From positions 1,128-65,127 of the forward strand of contig DUQZ01000021.1 of NCBI GenBank assembly GCA_012837525.1: a DNA stretch of 64,000 nt, read 5' to 3'. The first letter of the stretch is position 1. Each line of letters starts with the position of its first letter. Origin of the DNA: Clostridiales bacterium (GTDB taxonomy: Bacteria; Bacillota; Clostridia; Christensenellales; Aristaeellaceae). Positions 37,926 through 46,466 of the stretch are shown here, one piece after another. The notes below the pieces were generated by a model that saw only the letters and a list, made by a program, of their open reading frames with translations, did no database searches and had not been told where the DNA came from. The translations under genes were made by a program, and so were the position numbers.

Positions 37926-40829
37926 GTGAGCACTGCGGCAAGAAAGAAAACCAAACAAGTCATTCAATCCACTGACCGGGGCGGGGCTATCCTGCTGCCC
38001 TTTGGCGTGGTGGTGATTGCCTTTGGCTTGATGCTTTTGCTGGGTGCCACGCTGCAAACAGCGTCCAGCGCGCTGAATTTGTTCAAATATATGGCCATCG
38101 GCCTGGGCGGCGGACTGTATATCATGGTTCCGGTTATGGTAATTTGGCTGGGCTGTATCCTGGTCGTTTCCGCCAAGCGCTATGTGTCCATCTATCCTTT
38201 CCTCATCAGCCTGCTTTTATTGATGTGTCTTGGCGCATTTTTAACGCTTACCCTGCGGGTTAATGATCAGACGTATCCCAACCTGATGCACTATATCAAA
38301 AACCTGAATTCCCTGCGCGGCGCGTCCTATCCGGACAGCATGGGGGAATACCTGCACGAGGCATACCACCGCTACAACGGCCTGCGCAGCGACAATAATT
38401 TCTACCCCGGCGGAGGCGTGCTGGGGATGCTGATCGCCTACCCATTGTTTATCACGCTGGGCAACCTGGGCGCCACGGTGCTGATTGTCTTTTTGATCAT
38501 CGCGCTGATCTTCGCGCTGCTGCGCATCAGCCCTGCCCGGCTTGCTTCAATGATCAACCAGAAGGTGAACAGCCTGGCCTCAAGGCAGCCTGAACAAGCT
38601 AACCGTCCAGCTTCCAAGCCCGTAATCCAGCAGGGGATGCAAGACGCGCAGGTTGCAGATCAGCCACATGTGCAGCAGCAGTTGTATTCGGAGGACCTGT
38701 ACGCGCAGCCAGTGAATACCGCCAGCGCGGAGCCTCAATGGCAGCAACAGGGCATGGACACTGTCTTCACGCAGGATCAGGGCGGCTATATGGAACCTGA
38801 ACCCCAGCCAGCAGCCTGGGGGCAAACCGCGCCGTACCCGACCCAGCAATACACGCCTGTTCAAACTGATCTGCCTGAGGAAACAGAGCCAGGCTTCATC
38901 CCGCAAACGGCGGATACCTTTTATGAGGAGTTTACGCAACCTGTTTATCAGCCTGCGGAGAAACCTGCCAGACGGACCAGACGGACTGCGCCAACCGCGC
39001 CTGCCTCCCAGGACCTGGGGGAACAACCTGTTTTACCAGAGCCTGTTTACACCCAGCCAGTTACGGAAGAAAAGCCGCTGCGGCGCGAACCGCAAAGGAC
39101 AAGAGAAACTGCGGAATCCGCTCCTTTACATGAGTCGGTTGAGAGCACAAGGCAAATTCCGGAGCAAGTACAGGAGCCTGCTCCTCCCAAACCGGACACA
39201 TCCCGGGCGTCTGTGCCCAGCCAACCCGCCGTGCCAGTACATACCGACCCTGCTGTGCCGTTAAGCGGTCAGCGCGTCGCGATCCAACAAAAAGCCGCGC
39301 CCAAATCCAATGCCCTGGATGGCATGGCGCGCAAAAAGGATCCGCAGCAAATCAAACTGGCGCTGGACGATTATGAAGTGCCGCCCAAGCGCTTGTTGAC
39401 CGCGCCGCCGCCAGAAAGCCAGACAGACACCACACAGGAGGATTTGAAGCGGGGCGAGAAGCTGATTGAAACCCTGAAAAGCTTCCAGATCACCGCGCAT
39501 TTGCACGACATCGTACACGGCCCCACAGTAACACGCTTTGCCATCCGCCTGGCGGAGGGCATCAATGTGAACAAGCTGCGCAATGTGATGGATAACCTGA
39601 CCATTGAATTAAAGGCCAAGGGAGATATCCGCGCTGAGATGCCCATCCCCGGTACCTCTTTTGTTGGGCTTGAAGTATCCAACGACAAGACCACCAAGGT
39701 CTTCCTGCGTGAGGTGCTGGAATCCACCCGCATGAAGGAAAACCCCTCTCCAACCGCTGTGGCGCTGGGGAAGGACATCACCGGCACACCCATTGTGTGT
39801 GAGCTGATGGATATGCCGCACCTGCTGATCGCGGGCGCTACCGGCAGCGGTAAATCCGTTTGCATCAACAGCATTATCTGCAGCATCCTCTATCGCGCGT
39901 CCCCCCGGAATGTTCGCCTGATTATGGTGGACCCCAAGTTTGTAGAGCTGCAGCCCTATAACGATGTGCCGCATCTGATGATGCCGGTCATCACGGATGC
40001 CAAAAAGGCGACAGCCGCCTTGGACTGGGTTTGCCAGGAGATGGATGAACGCTACCAGATTTTGGTTGACGCGGGCGTGCGCAACCTGGATGCTTACAAC
40101 AAACGTTTGGGGCCGGATGAGGAGCCGCTGCCACGCATCATCGTCATTGTGGATGAAATGGCTGATTTGATGACCACCAGCGGCAAGATGATTGAGGACC
40201 ACATCAAGCGCATCACAGCCAAGGCGCGCGCTGCCGGCATCTGCCTGATCCTGGCGACACAGCGGCCCTCGGTCAACATCATAACGGGCGTGATCAAGGC
40301 AAATATCCCCGGTCGTATCGCCTTCAGGGTCAGTTCTCCTTTTGACAGCAAGACCATCCTGGACAACAACGGGGCGGAGAAGCTGCTGGGCTATGGCGAC
40401 ATGTTGTTCCGCTCCACAACGCGTGAGCCCATTCGTGTGCAAGGCTGCTTCGTATCTGATAAAGATGTGGAGCAGACAGTGGAATACATCCGCAGCCGCA
40501 ACAAGGCCAATTACAACCTTGACATGGTGGAACATGTCGAAAAATCCGAATCCGGTGATAATAACGGCAGCATGGGTGAGGGCATGGACGGCGGTGACAT
40601 CGAGTTTGACGAGCTGCTGCCCCAGGCCATCGAAATGGCGGTAGAGGCAGGGCAGATGTCCATCAGTATGCTCCAGCGCGTGCTGCGTGTGGGCTATGCC
40701 AGAAGCGGCCGCCTGATTGATGAGATGGAGCGCAGGGGCATTATTTCCGCCAGCGAAGGCACCAAGCCCAGGAAAACGCTGATGACCCGGGAACAATACA
40801 TGGCCTATCAGGAGCAGGCAGAGTTCTAA
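37926..40829 (+). CDS. ftsK: DNA translocase FtsK/SpoIIIE
   Basis: 967 aa, GTG start. N-terminal TM helices, long Q/P-rich linker. Motor with Walker A GATGSGKSV, IVIVDEMADLM, and a gamma winged-helix domain at the C-terminus. Confidence 0.95.
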   Translation: MSTAARKKTKQVIQSTDRGGAILLPFGVVVIAFGLMLLLGATLQTASSALNLFKYMAIGLGGGLYIMVPVMVIWLGCILVVSAKRYVSIYPFLISLLLLMCLGAFLTLTLRVNDQTYPNLMHYIKNLNSLRGASYPDSMGEYLHEAYHRYNGLRSDNNFYPGGGVLGMLIAYPLFITLGNLGATVLIVFLIIALIFALLRISPARLASMINQKVNSLASRQPEQANRPASKPVIQQGMQDAQVADQPHVQQQLYSEDLYAQPVNTASAEPQWQQQGMDTVFTQDQGGYMEPEPQPAAWGQTAPYPTQQYTPVQTDLPEETEPGFIPQTADTFYEEFTQPVYQPAEKPARRTRRTAPTAPASQDLGEQPVLPEPVYTQPVTEEKPLRREPQRTRETAESAPLHESVESTRQIPEQVQEPAPPKPDTSRASVPSQPAVPVHTDPAVPLSGQRVAIQQKAAPKSNALDGMARKKDPQQIKLALDDYEVPPKRLLTAPPPESQTDTTQEDLKRGEKLIETLKSFQITAHLHDIVHGPTVTRFAIRLAEGINVNKLRNVMDNLTIELKAKGDIRAEMPIPGTSFVGLEVSNDKTTKVFLREVLESTRMKENPSPTAVALGKDITGTPIVCELMDMPHLLIAGATGSGKSVCINSIICSILYRASPRNVRLIMVDPKFVELQPYNDVPHLMMPVITDAKKATAALDWVCQEMDERYQILVDAGVRNLDAYNKRLGPDEEPLPRIIVIVDEMADLMTTSGKMIEDHIKRITAKARAAGICLILATQRPSVNIITGVIKANIPGRIAFRVSSPFDSKTILDNNGAEKLLGYGDMLFRSTTREPIRVQGCFVSDKDVEQTVEYIRSRNKANYNLDMVEHVEKSESGDNNGSMGEGMDGGDIEFDELLPQAIEMAVEAGQMSISMLQRVLRVGYARSGRLIDEMERRGIISASEGTKPRKTLMTREQYMAYQEQAEF

Positions 40830-40927
40830 ATACACCTTATAATTTAATATCCCTGTATTTGTGTTTTTAAGCATGGATTTGAACTGTTTAGACCTGTAAA
40901 AGGTGGTTATAATAACAGGTTATTTCG

Positions 40928-40956
40928 TTGACTTATTCGTTTGTTCATGTTAATAT
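40928..40956 (+). promoter_or_regulatory. candidate sigma-A promoter of the FADS-rnf operon
   Basis: TTGACT-17 nt-TAATAT inside the AT-rich 175-nt gap after ftsK, about 50 nt upstream of ATG 41005. Confidence 0.45.
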
Positions 40957-41004
40957 TTTTCGTGTTCATCGTGCTTTATTAGGTTCAGATTGGCAGGAGA
41001 ATTG

Positions 41005-41643
41005 ATGAGGGTTTATCAGCTTGAGACGCTCCCATTTGGCGCCGTCGCGCCGTCAGTGATTTGCCTTGGCGTGTTTGACGGGGTTCATCTGGGACATCAA
41101 CAGCTGATAAAAGAATGCCTGAAGACAGCGAAGGAAAAGCACCTTTTGCCAGTCGTGCACACCTATGAGCCGCTGCCCATGCGCGTCATCGCGCCTGATC
41201 ATCAGCTGTTGGAACTCACCACCACAAACGAGCGATTGGAACTGATTGTGCGCTATGGCATCAAGGACATCGCCATCAGCCGGTTTGATGAAACCATGCA
41301 GCACACCAGCGGGCTTGATTTTTTTAAGCAGGTGCTTCTGGGCAAGTTGAACGCAAGGCACATTGTCGCAGGGTTTGACCACCGCTTTGGGTTTAAAGGC
41401 GACACCGATACAGGCAAACTCAAAGCACTGTGCGAAGGGGAAGGCGTCGGGTTTTCCTTGATATCACCCGTGAAAACGCCGTCTGGACAGGTCATTTCAA
41501 GCTCTGCCATCCGCAAAGCGATCAAAGACAGGGACTATGCGCTGGCAGAGGAGATGCTGGGCCGTCCCCTTGAGGACACGATGAAGCAACGGCTACACAT
41601 TACTGATGAGCCGGGAAGGTATAACGGAGGTTTGACTGAATGA
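41005..41643 (+). CDS. FMN adenylyltransferase (FAD synthetase) domain protein; RibF N-terminal module only, no riboflavin kinase domain
   Basis: GVFDGVHLGHQQLI, VHTYEPLP, LTTTNERLELI, VAGFDHRFGFKGD, VISSSAIRKAI...LGRP. The ORF ends about 20 aa after LGRP, where the kinase domain normally starts. An alternative TTG start lies at 40990. Confidence 0.8.
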   Translation: MRVYQLETLPFGAVAPSVICLGVFDGVHLGHQQLIKECLKTAKEKHLLPVVHTYEPLPMRVIAPDHQLLELTTTNERLELIVRYGIKDIAISRFDETMQHTSGLDFFKQVLLGKLNARHIVAGFDHRFGFKGDTDTGKLKALCEGEGVGFSLISPVKTPSGQVISSSAIRKAIKDRDYALAEEMLGRPLEDTMKQRLHITDEPGRYNGGLTE

Positions 41644-43544
41644 AGAACCGCATTTACGCATGGATTGTCCTGGGCGCGATTACCATCGTGGCCGGGCTGG
41701 GTCTTGCGCTCACCTATGGGGTGACCAAGGAACCCATCCGCCTGCAGGGAATCGCCGCGGAGGAACAGGCCAAAAAGGATGTCATGCCGGGCGCCGACAC
41801 CTTTGAAGAATTGGCGCTTGAGGACGGCAAGACGCTGTTTGTCGCCAAAAAGGGTGATGAGGTCCTGGGCTATGTCGGCAAGATGGAAGCCAAGGGTTAC
41901 GGCGGGCCGATCGAGGTCATCACTGGCGTAACGGAGGATGGCACCATCACAGGGATCAATGTCGGCGGCAGCGCGTTTGCCGAGACACCCGGCCTGGGCG
42001 CCAAAGCGAAGGATGCGGATTTCACCGCGCAGTTCACCGGCAAAAAAAGCCCGGTGCGGCTGGGTGACGCCGCGCAGGATAACGCGGTGGATGCCATCAC
42101 AGCAGCTACTATCACCAGCAACGCGGTGCTGGGCGCTGTCAACAATGTGGCCAAGCAGGTCAAAGCCTATCTCAATCCAGACGCGGACAAACCGGTCATG
42201 ATTGCCGAGGGTGTATCCTACGGCGGTGAAGCAGTTGGGTTTGCGGGCGCGGATCACCCCGTCGCGGTTGTTGTAACCGTCAAGGATGACGGCACCATCA
42301 GCGCGCTGAAAGTGGGGGATGAGCGCTTCAACGAGACGGAAGGCTACGGCGCTGCTGCACTTGAGGCAGATTTTGCCGCGCAGTTTGTGGGCAAGTCCCT
42401 GCCCATCAAGCTGGAAGATATCGATGGCATCTCCGGTGCGACCGTCACGAATAAGGCGGTTATTGAGGCCATCAACACCGCATTTGAAACAAAGAACGAG
42501 GTCGCTGGCCCCGCGCCCGAAGGCATCACCTATGCCGGGAGCGCGGTTGGCTTTGCCGGCAAGGACAACCCCATCGCAGTTCAGGTGACCGTCAAGGATG
42601 ACGGCACCATCACCGCGCTGACCATTGGCGATGACAGCTTCAACGAGACAGAAGGCTACGGCGCCGCGGCGCTTGAGCCTGCCTTTGCCCAACAGTTTAT
42701 GGGCAAGGCGCTGCCTGTCAAGCTGGAGGACATTGATGGCATCTCCGGCGCGACCATCACCAACAAGGCTGTGATTGAAGCCATCAACAAGGCCTATGAG
42801 GACAAGAACGTCATCAGTGAAACTGCCGCCGCAACCGCCAAGCCTACTGCGGAAGCGACCGCCACGCCCGAACCCGTAGCGATTCCGGAGGGCGCGCTCA
42901 CGGCTGCCAAAGATGGATTTGCAGGCCCGGTCGCCGTCGCGGTCACCTTTGATGAGAACGGCAAGATCACCTTCCTGCACATTGGCGATGACCAGTTTAA
43001 GGAAACCAAGGGCTATGGCCTGGCCGCGCTGGAAGCGGAGTTTAAGGACCAGTTTATCGGCAAGCTGCCGCCCCTGCGCATCCTGAAAGCGGATGAAGAG
43101 AAGACAGACGCCACCATTGACGCCATTGCCGGCGCGACCATCACCACCAACGCGGTGCTGGATGCCATCAACGAGCTGCATGCGCAGCAGTTCCCCAAGC
43201 AGGAAATCGTTGTGACCGGGGATGAGATCACTGTCACCAAACAAGGCTTCATGGGTCCAATCACCGTGAAGGTAACCTTCACGCAGGACGGCGCGATTGC
43301 CAAGCTTGATATTGTTCAGGACAGCTTTGCGGAGACCAAGGGCTATGGCGCAAAGGCGCTTGAGGACGCCTTCAAGCAACAGTTTGAGGGCAAGCAGCCG
43401 CCGCTCACCATCCGTGGGGCGGAGGACAAAGCCTCCAGCAGCAATGTGGACAACCTGCGCGATGTGGATACCGCGACCAGCGCGACCGTCACCATGCAGG
43501 CAATCATTGACGCCATCAACGAAGCGTTTGCGAACAAGCCGTAA
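41640..43544 (+). CDS. rnfG: RnfG-like electron transport subunit expanded to five FMN-binding modules
   Basis: 634 aa. One N-terminal TM helix. Module 1 has AETPGLG and DAITAATITSNAV (RnfG/NqrC type). Four further modules carry xET(E/K)GYG and D.I(S/A)GAT(I/V)T-type motifs. ATGA overlap with the upstream gene. Confidence 0.85.
   Translation: MKNRIYAWIVLGAITIVAGLGLALTYGVTKEPIRLQGIAAEEQAKKDVMPGADTFEELALEDGKTLFVAKKGDEVLGYVGKMEAKGYGGPIEVITGVTEDGTITGINVGGSAFAETPGLGAKAKDADFTAQFTGKKSPVRLGDAAQDNAVDAITAATITSNAVLGAVNNVAKQVKAYLNPDADKPVMIAEGVSYGGEAVGFAGADHPVAVVVTVKDDGTISALKVGDERFNETEGYGAAALEADFAAQFVGKSLPIKLEDIDGISGATVTNKAVIEAINTAFETKNEVAGPAPEGITYAGSAVGFAGKDNPIAVQVTVKDDGTITALTIGDDSFNETEGYGAAALEPAFAQQFMGKALPVKLEDIDGISGATITNKAVIEAINKAYEDKNVISETAAATAKPTAEATATPEPVAIPEGALTAAKDGFAGPVAVAVTFDENGKITFLHIGDDQFKETKGYGLAALEAEFKDQFIGKLPPLRILKADEEKTDATIDAIAGATITTNAVLDAINELHAQQFPKQEIVVTGDEITVTKQGFMGPITVKVTFTQDGAIAKLDIVQDSFAETKGYGAKALEDAFKQQFEGKQPPLTIRGAEDKASSSNVDNLRDVDTATSATVTMQAIIDAINEAFANKP
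42207..42809 (+). repeat. in-frame tandem duplication, 312-nt period (FMN-binding modules 2 and 3)
   Basis: Modules aa 190-286 and 294-390 are identical at 74 of 97 aligned residues by hand count. The identical 25-mer ACCGTCAAGGATGACGGCACCATCA occurs at 42276-42300 and 42588-42612. Confidence 0.85.
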
Positions 43545-43578
43545 TCAGGTTGAAGTATAGAAAGGCAGGCATAAGAGC

Positions 43579-44895
43579 ATGAAATTGAGTTTCAAAGGCG
43601 GCATCCATCCGCTGAGGGAACTGCATGAGGGCAAGGGGAAAACCCATTCACAGCCAATCCGCGACTTTGTTCCGGAGCGCGTCTGCATTCCCGTTGATAT
43701 GCACATCGGCACGCCAAGCGCGCCCTGCGTGAAAAAGGGTGATCTGGTCAAACTGGGCCAGGTTATTGCGACACCGGTTGGCGGCATCGGCATCCCGGTA
43801 CACGCCAGCGTTTCCGGCGAGGTTATCTCGGTTGGCCCGCGGCAGATGCTGGGCAAAACAGCCAGCACCTGCATTGAGATCGCCAATGACGGCAAGGACG
43901 AGTGGGTGGAGTTGTCTCCCCTGGGATCTGTTGACAGCGCCCCGGCTGACAAGATTGTCCAGCAGGTTAAGGACGCAGGCATTTGCGGCATGGGCGGCGC
44001 GTGCTTCCCCTCCCACATCAAGATGATGATTCCGGAGGGCAAGTCCGTTGACACCATCATCCTAAACGGCGCAGAGTGTGAGACCTTCCTCACCGCGGAC
44101 CACCGCCTGATGCTGGAAGAGCCGCAGCGCATTGTGGACGGCCTGCGCCTCATCATGCGCGCGATGAAGGTGTCAACCGGCATCATCGCCATTGAGGACA
44201 ACAAAAAAGACGCCATCAAGGTCATGCAGGAAGCAATCAGCGGCCTGGAAGGCATCCGTGTGGCGGTACTGAAAACCAAATACCCGCAGGGCGGTGAAAA
44301 ACAGTTGATCGACGCGGTTACCAAGCGGCAGGTTCCCTCAGGGGCACTGCCCATTGACGCGCAGGTGGTTGTGTTCAATGTAGGCACAGCCGCTGCCATC
44401 GCGGACGCGGTCATTCACGGTAAACCGCTCATCAGCCGTGTAACGACGGTTACGGGCTGTGTCAACACGCCCAGCAACCTGCGCGTGCGCATCGGCACCA
44501 GTTTCCAGGATGCCATTGAGGCAGCGGGCGGTTTTTCTGAGGATCCGGGCAAGATTTTTGCCGGCGGCAGCATGACTGGTCTGTGCATCCCTGGCACCGA
44601 AGTCAGCCTGACCAAGGCCAACAACGGCATTGTGGTCCTCAATCAGAAGGATGCCGTGAAAAAGCAGCCCACACCCTGCATCCGCTGCGGGCGCTGCGTG
44701 GAAGCCTGCCCGTCCCGGCTGAACCCACAGTTTTTGAACGCGCTCAATGACCTGAGTGACCTGGCCGGCATGAAGAAGCACAATGTGATGGATTGCACCG
44801 TGTGCGGCTCCTGCTCCTATGTGTGCCCGGCCAAGATTGAACTGTGCGCCACATTCAAGGAAGCAAAAGAAAAAATTACTGCGAGGAGGGTGTAA
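43579..44895 (+). CDS. rnfC: electron transport complex subunit RnfC
   Basis: 438 aa. MKLSFKGGIHP N-terminus, two 4Fe-4S motifs CIRCGRCVEACP and CTVCGSCSYVCP. Confidence 0.93.
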   Translation: MKLSFKGGIHPLRELHEGKGKTHSQPIRDFVPERVCIPVDMHIGTPSAPCVKKGDLVKLGQVIATPVGGIGIPVHASVSGEVISVGPRQMLGKTASTCIEIANDGKDEWVELSPLGSVDSAPADKIVQQVKDAGICGMGGACFPSHIKMMIPEGKSVDTIILNGAECETFLTADHRLMLEEPQRIVDGLRLIMRAMKVSTGIIAIEDNKKDAIKVMQEAISGLEGIRVAVLKTKYPQGGEKQLIDAVTKRQVPSGALPIDAQVVVFNVGTAAAIADAVIHGKPLISRVTTVTGCVNTPSNLRVRIGTSFQDAIEAAGGFSEDPGKIFAGGSMTGLCIPGTEVSLTKANNGIVVLNQKDAVKKQPTPCIRCGRCVEACPSRLNPQFLNALNDLSDLAGMKKHNVMDCTVCGSCSYVCPAKIELCATFKEAKEKITARRV

Positions 44896-44899
44896 AGGA

Positions 44900-45844
44900 A
44901 TGAAACTGCGTCTTTCCACCGGGCCCCATCTGTTAAACCGGGAAAGCACCCAGACATTGATGCTGGATGTGCTCATCGCGCTGGTGCCCACGACTGTCGC
45001 TGGCATTTACCTGTTTGGCACAAAGGCTGCCTGGGTGCTGGCTGTGGCGGTTGTCTCCGCTGTGCTGTGTGAATACCTGTTCCAAAAGCTGTCCAAGCGG
45101 CCTGTGCGCGTGATGGATTTGTCCGCCGTCGTGACCGGCCTTATTCTGGGCCTGAATTTGCCGGCGGAAGCCCCGCTGTGGATGCCTGCCATCGGCAGCG
45201 CCATCGCCATTTTGCTGGTCAAGGAACTATTTGGCGGCATCGGCCAGAACTTTATGAACCCGGCGCTACTGGCGCGCGGCGTACTGTTGGCTTCCTGGCC
45301 AGCCCGGATGAGCGTGTATTATATCCCTGCCCGTGTGCTGGGTGTGACAGAAGTCGTGCCGGCTGGCACGGATGTGATCTCCGCCGCCACGCCCTTGATC
45401 CGCCCGGGCGGCTATCAGCTTTACGATTTGCTGATGGGCAACATCCCCGGCACCATTGGCGAAGTGTGCAAGATTGCCATTCTGATCGGTTTCCTGTATA
45501 TGCTGTTCGTGGGCACCATCCGCTGGCATATCCCGGTGCTGTTTGTGGGCACGGTCGCGGTGATGACCTGGATTATGGGCGGCGATCCGCTGCGCGCTGT
45601 CCTGTCCGGTGGCTTGCTCTTTGGCGCCGTGTTCATGGCGACAGATTATGTGACAAACCCCATGCTCAAGGTGGGGCAGGTGATCTTCGCGATTGGCTGC
45701 GGCATCCTGGTAGGCGTTATCCGCATGACCAAGGCTTATCCCGAGGGCGTTACCTACGCCATCTTGCTGATGAACATTTTAACCCCGCTCATTGACCGCT
45801 GGACCAGCCGACGTGTATATGGGATGGTGAAGAAACATGCATGA
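44900..45844 (+). CDS. rnfD: electron transport complex subunit RnfD
   Basis: MKLRLSTGPHL..., polytopic membrane protein. Flavinylation-type motif DVISAATPL. The track ORF starts at 44819. Confidence 0.93.
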   Translation: MKLRLSTGPHLLNRESTQTLMLDVLIALVPTTVAGIYLFGTKAAWVLAVAVVSAVLCEYLFQKLSKRPVRVMDLSAVVTGLILGLNLPAEAPLWMPAIGSAIAILLVKELFGGIGQNFMNPALLARGVLLASWPARMSVYYIPARVLGVTEVVPAGTDVISAATPLIRPGGYQLYDLLMGNIPGTIGEVCKIAILIGFLYMLFVGTIRWHIPVLFVGTVAVMTWIMGGDPLRAVLSGGLLFGAVFMATDYVTNPMLKVGQVIFAIGCGILVGVIRMTKAYPEGVTYAILLMNILTPLIDRWTSRRVYGMVKKHA

Positions 45845-46466
45845 GAAAAAATTGACAATGCGCGGCGTTTTCGTCAATGGGATCATTAACGAAAACCCCA
45901 TTTTCCGCCTGGTGCTGGGCATCTGCCCAACCCTGGCCGCGACCACCAGCGCAACCAACGGGCTGGGCATGGGCTTGGCTGCCAGTTTTGTTCTGCTGGG
46001 CAGCAACATCGTCATCAGCCTGCTGCGCAACTTGATCCCGGATAAGGTGCGTATTCCAGCCTTTATCGTGGTCATCTCCACCTTTGTGACCATTGTCCAG
46101 CTGCTGATGCAGGCCTTTGTACCCGCGCTGTATGACGCCCTGGGGTTGTTTATCCCGCTGATTGTGGTTAACTGCATTATCCTGGCGCGCGCGGAGGCGT
46201 TTGCCAGCCGCAACTCCTTGCTGTTGTCCGCGGCTGATGGCCTGGGCATGGGCATGGGCTTTACCATCGCGCTGATTATCATCGGCGGCATCCGCGAGCT
46301 CCTTGGCAGCGGCACCATCTTTGGCACCGCCCTGTTTGGCGCCTCTTTTGAGCCGATGCTGCTGGCTGTCATGGCCCCGGGCGGCTTCCTTGTGCTGGGC
46401 CTTGTGTTGGGCCTGGTAAACGCCATCACCAACCGCATTAACGCCAGGAAAGGAGCGGAAGTATAA
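45837..46466 (+). CDS. rnfE: electron transport complex subunit RnfE
   Basis: 209 aa. NGIINENPIFRLVLGICPTLA is typical of RnfE/NqrD. Overlaps the rnfD stop by 8 nt. Confidence 0.92.
   Translation: MHEKKLTMRGVFVNGIINENPIFRLVLGICPTLAATTSATNGLGMGLAASFVLLGSNIVISLLRNLIPDKVRIPAFIVVISTFVTIVQLLMQAFVPALYDALGLFIPLIVVNCIILARAEAFASRNSLLLSAADGLGMGMGFTIALIIIGGIRELLGSGTIFGTALFGASFEPMLLAVMAPGGFLVLGLVLGLVNAITNRINARKGAEV

Noticed and set aside
39609-40874. A 421-aa antisense ORF inside ftsK.
   Set aside because: It lies opposite the FtsK motor domain (Walker A GATGSGKS on the sense strand), and its translation is H/G/R/A-rich with no motifs.
40830-41004. A possible FMN riboswitch or other leader upstream of the FAD synthetase/rnf operon. 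The region is AT-rich and contains a hairpin, ACCTGT...ACAGGT.
   Set aside because: The gap is too short once the promoter is placed. It lacks the conserved FMN-aptamer core sequences I would recognise. The hairpin has a 17-nt loop and no clear partner structures.
41535-43379. An uninterrupted 614-aa ORF antisense to the RnfG-like gene. It is the longest non-annotated ORF in the window.
   Set aside because: The translation is dominated by G/R/A/D/L repeats that mirror the sense-strand module repeats. It has no recognisable motif, RBS or promoter. The sense frame has strong family signatures (ETPGLG, SGAT motifs). GC-rich GCN/GAN/GGN codon usage on the sense strand suppresses antisense stops.
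43545-46438. Antisense ORFs within rnfC, rnfD and rnfE (43545-44414, 44338-45006, 45779-46438).
   Set aside because: They lie opposite clear Rnf subunit frames, and their M/S/P/R-rich compositions are unlike real proteins.
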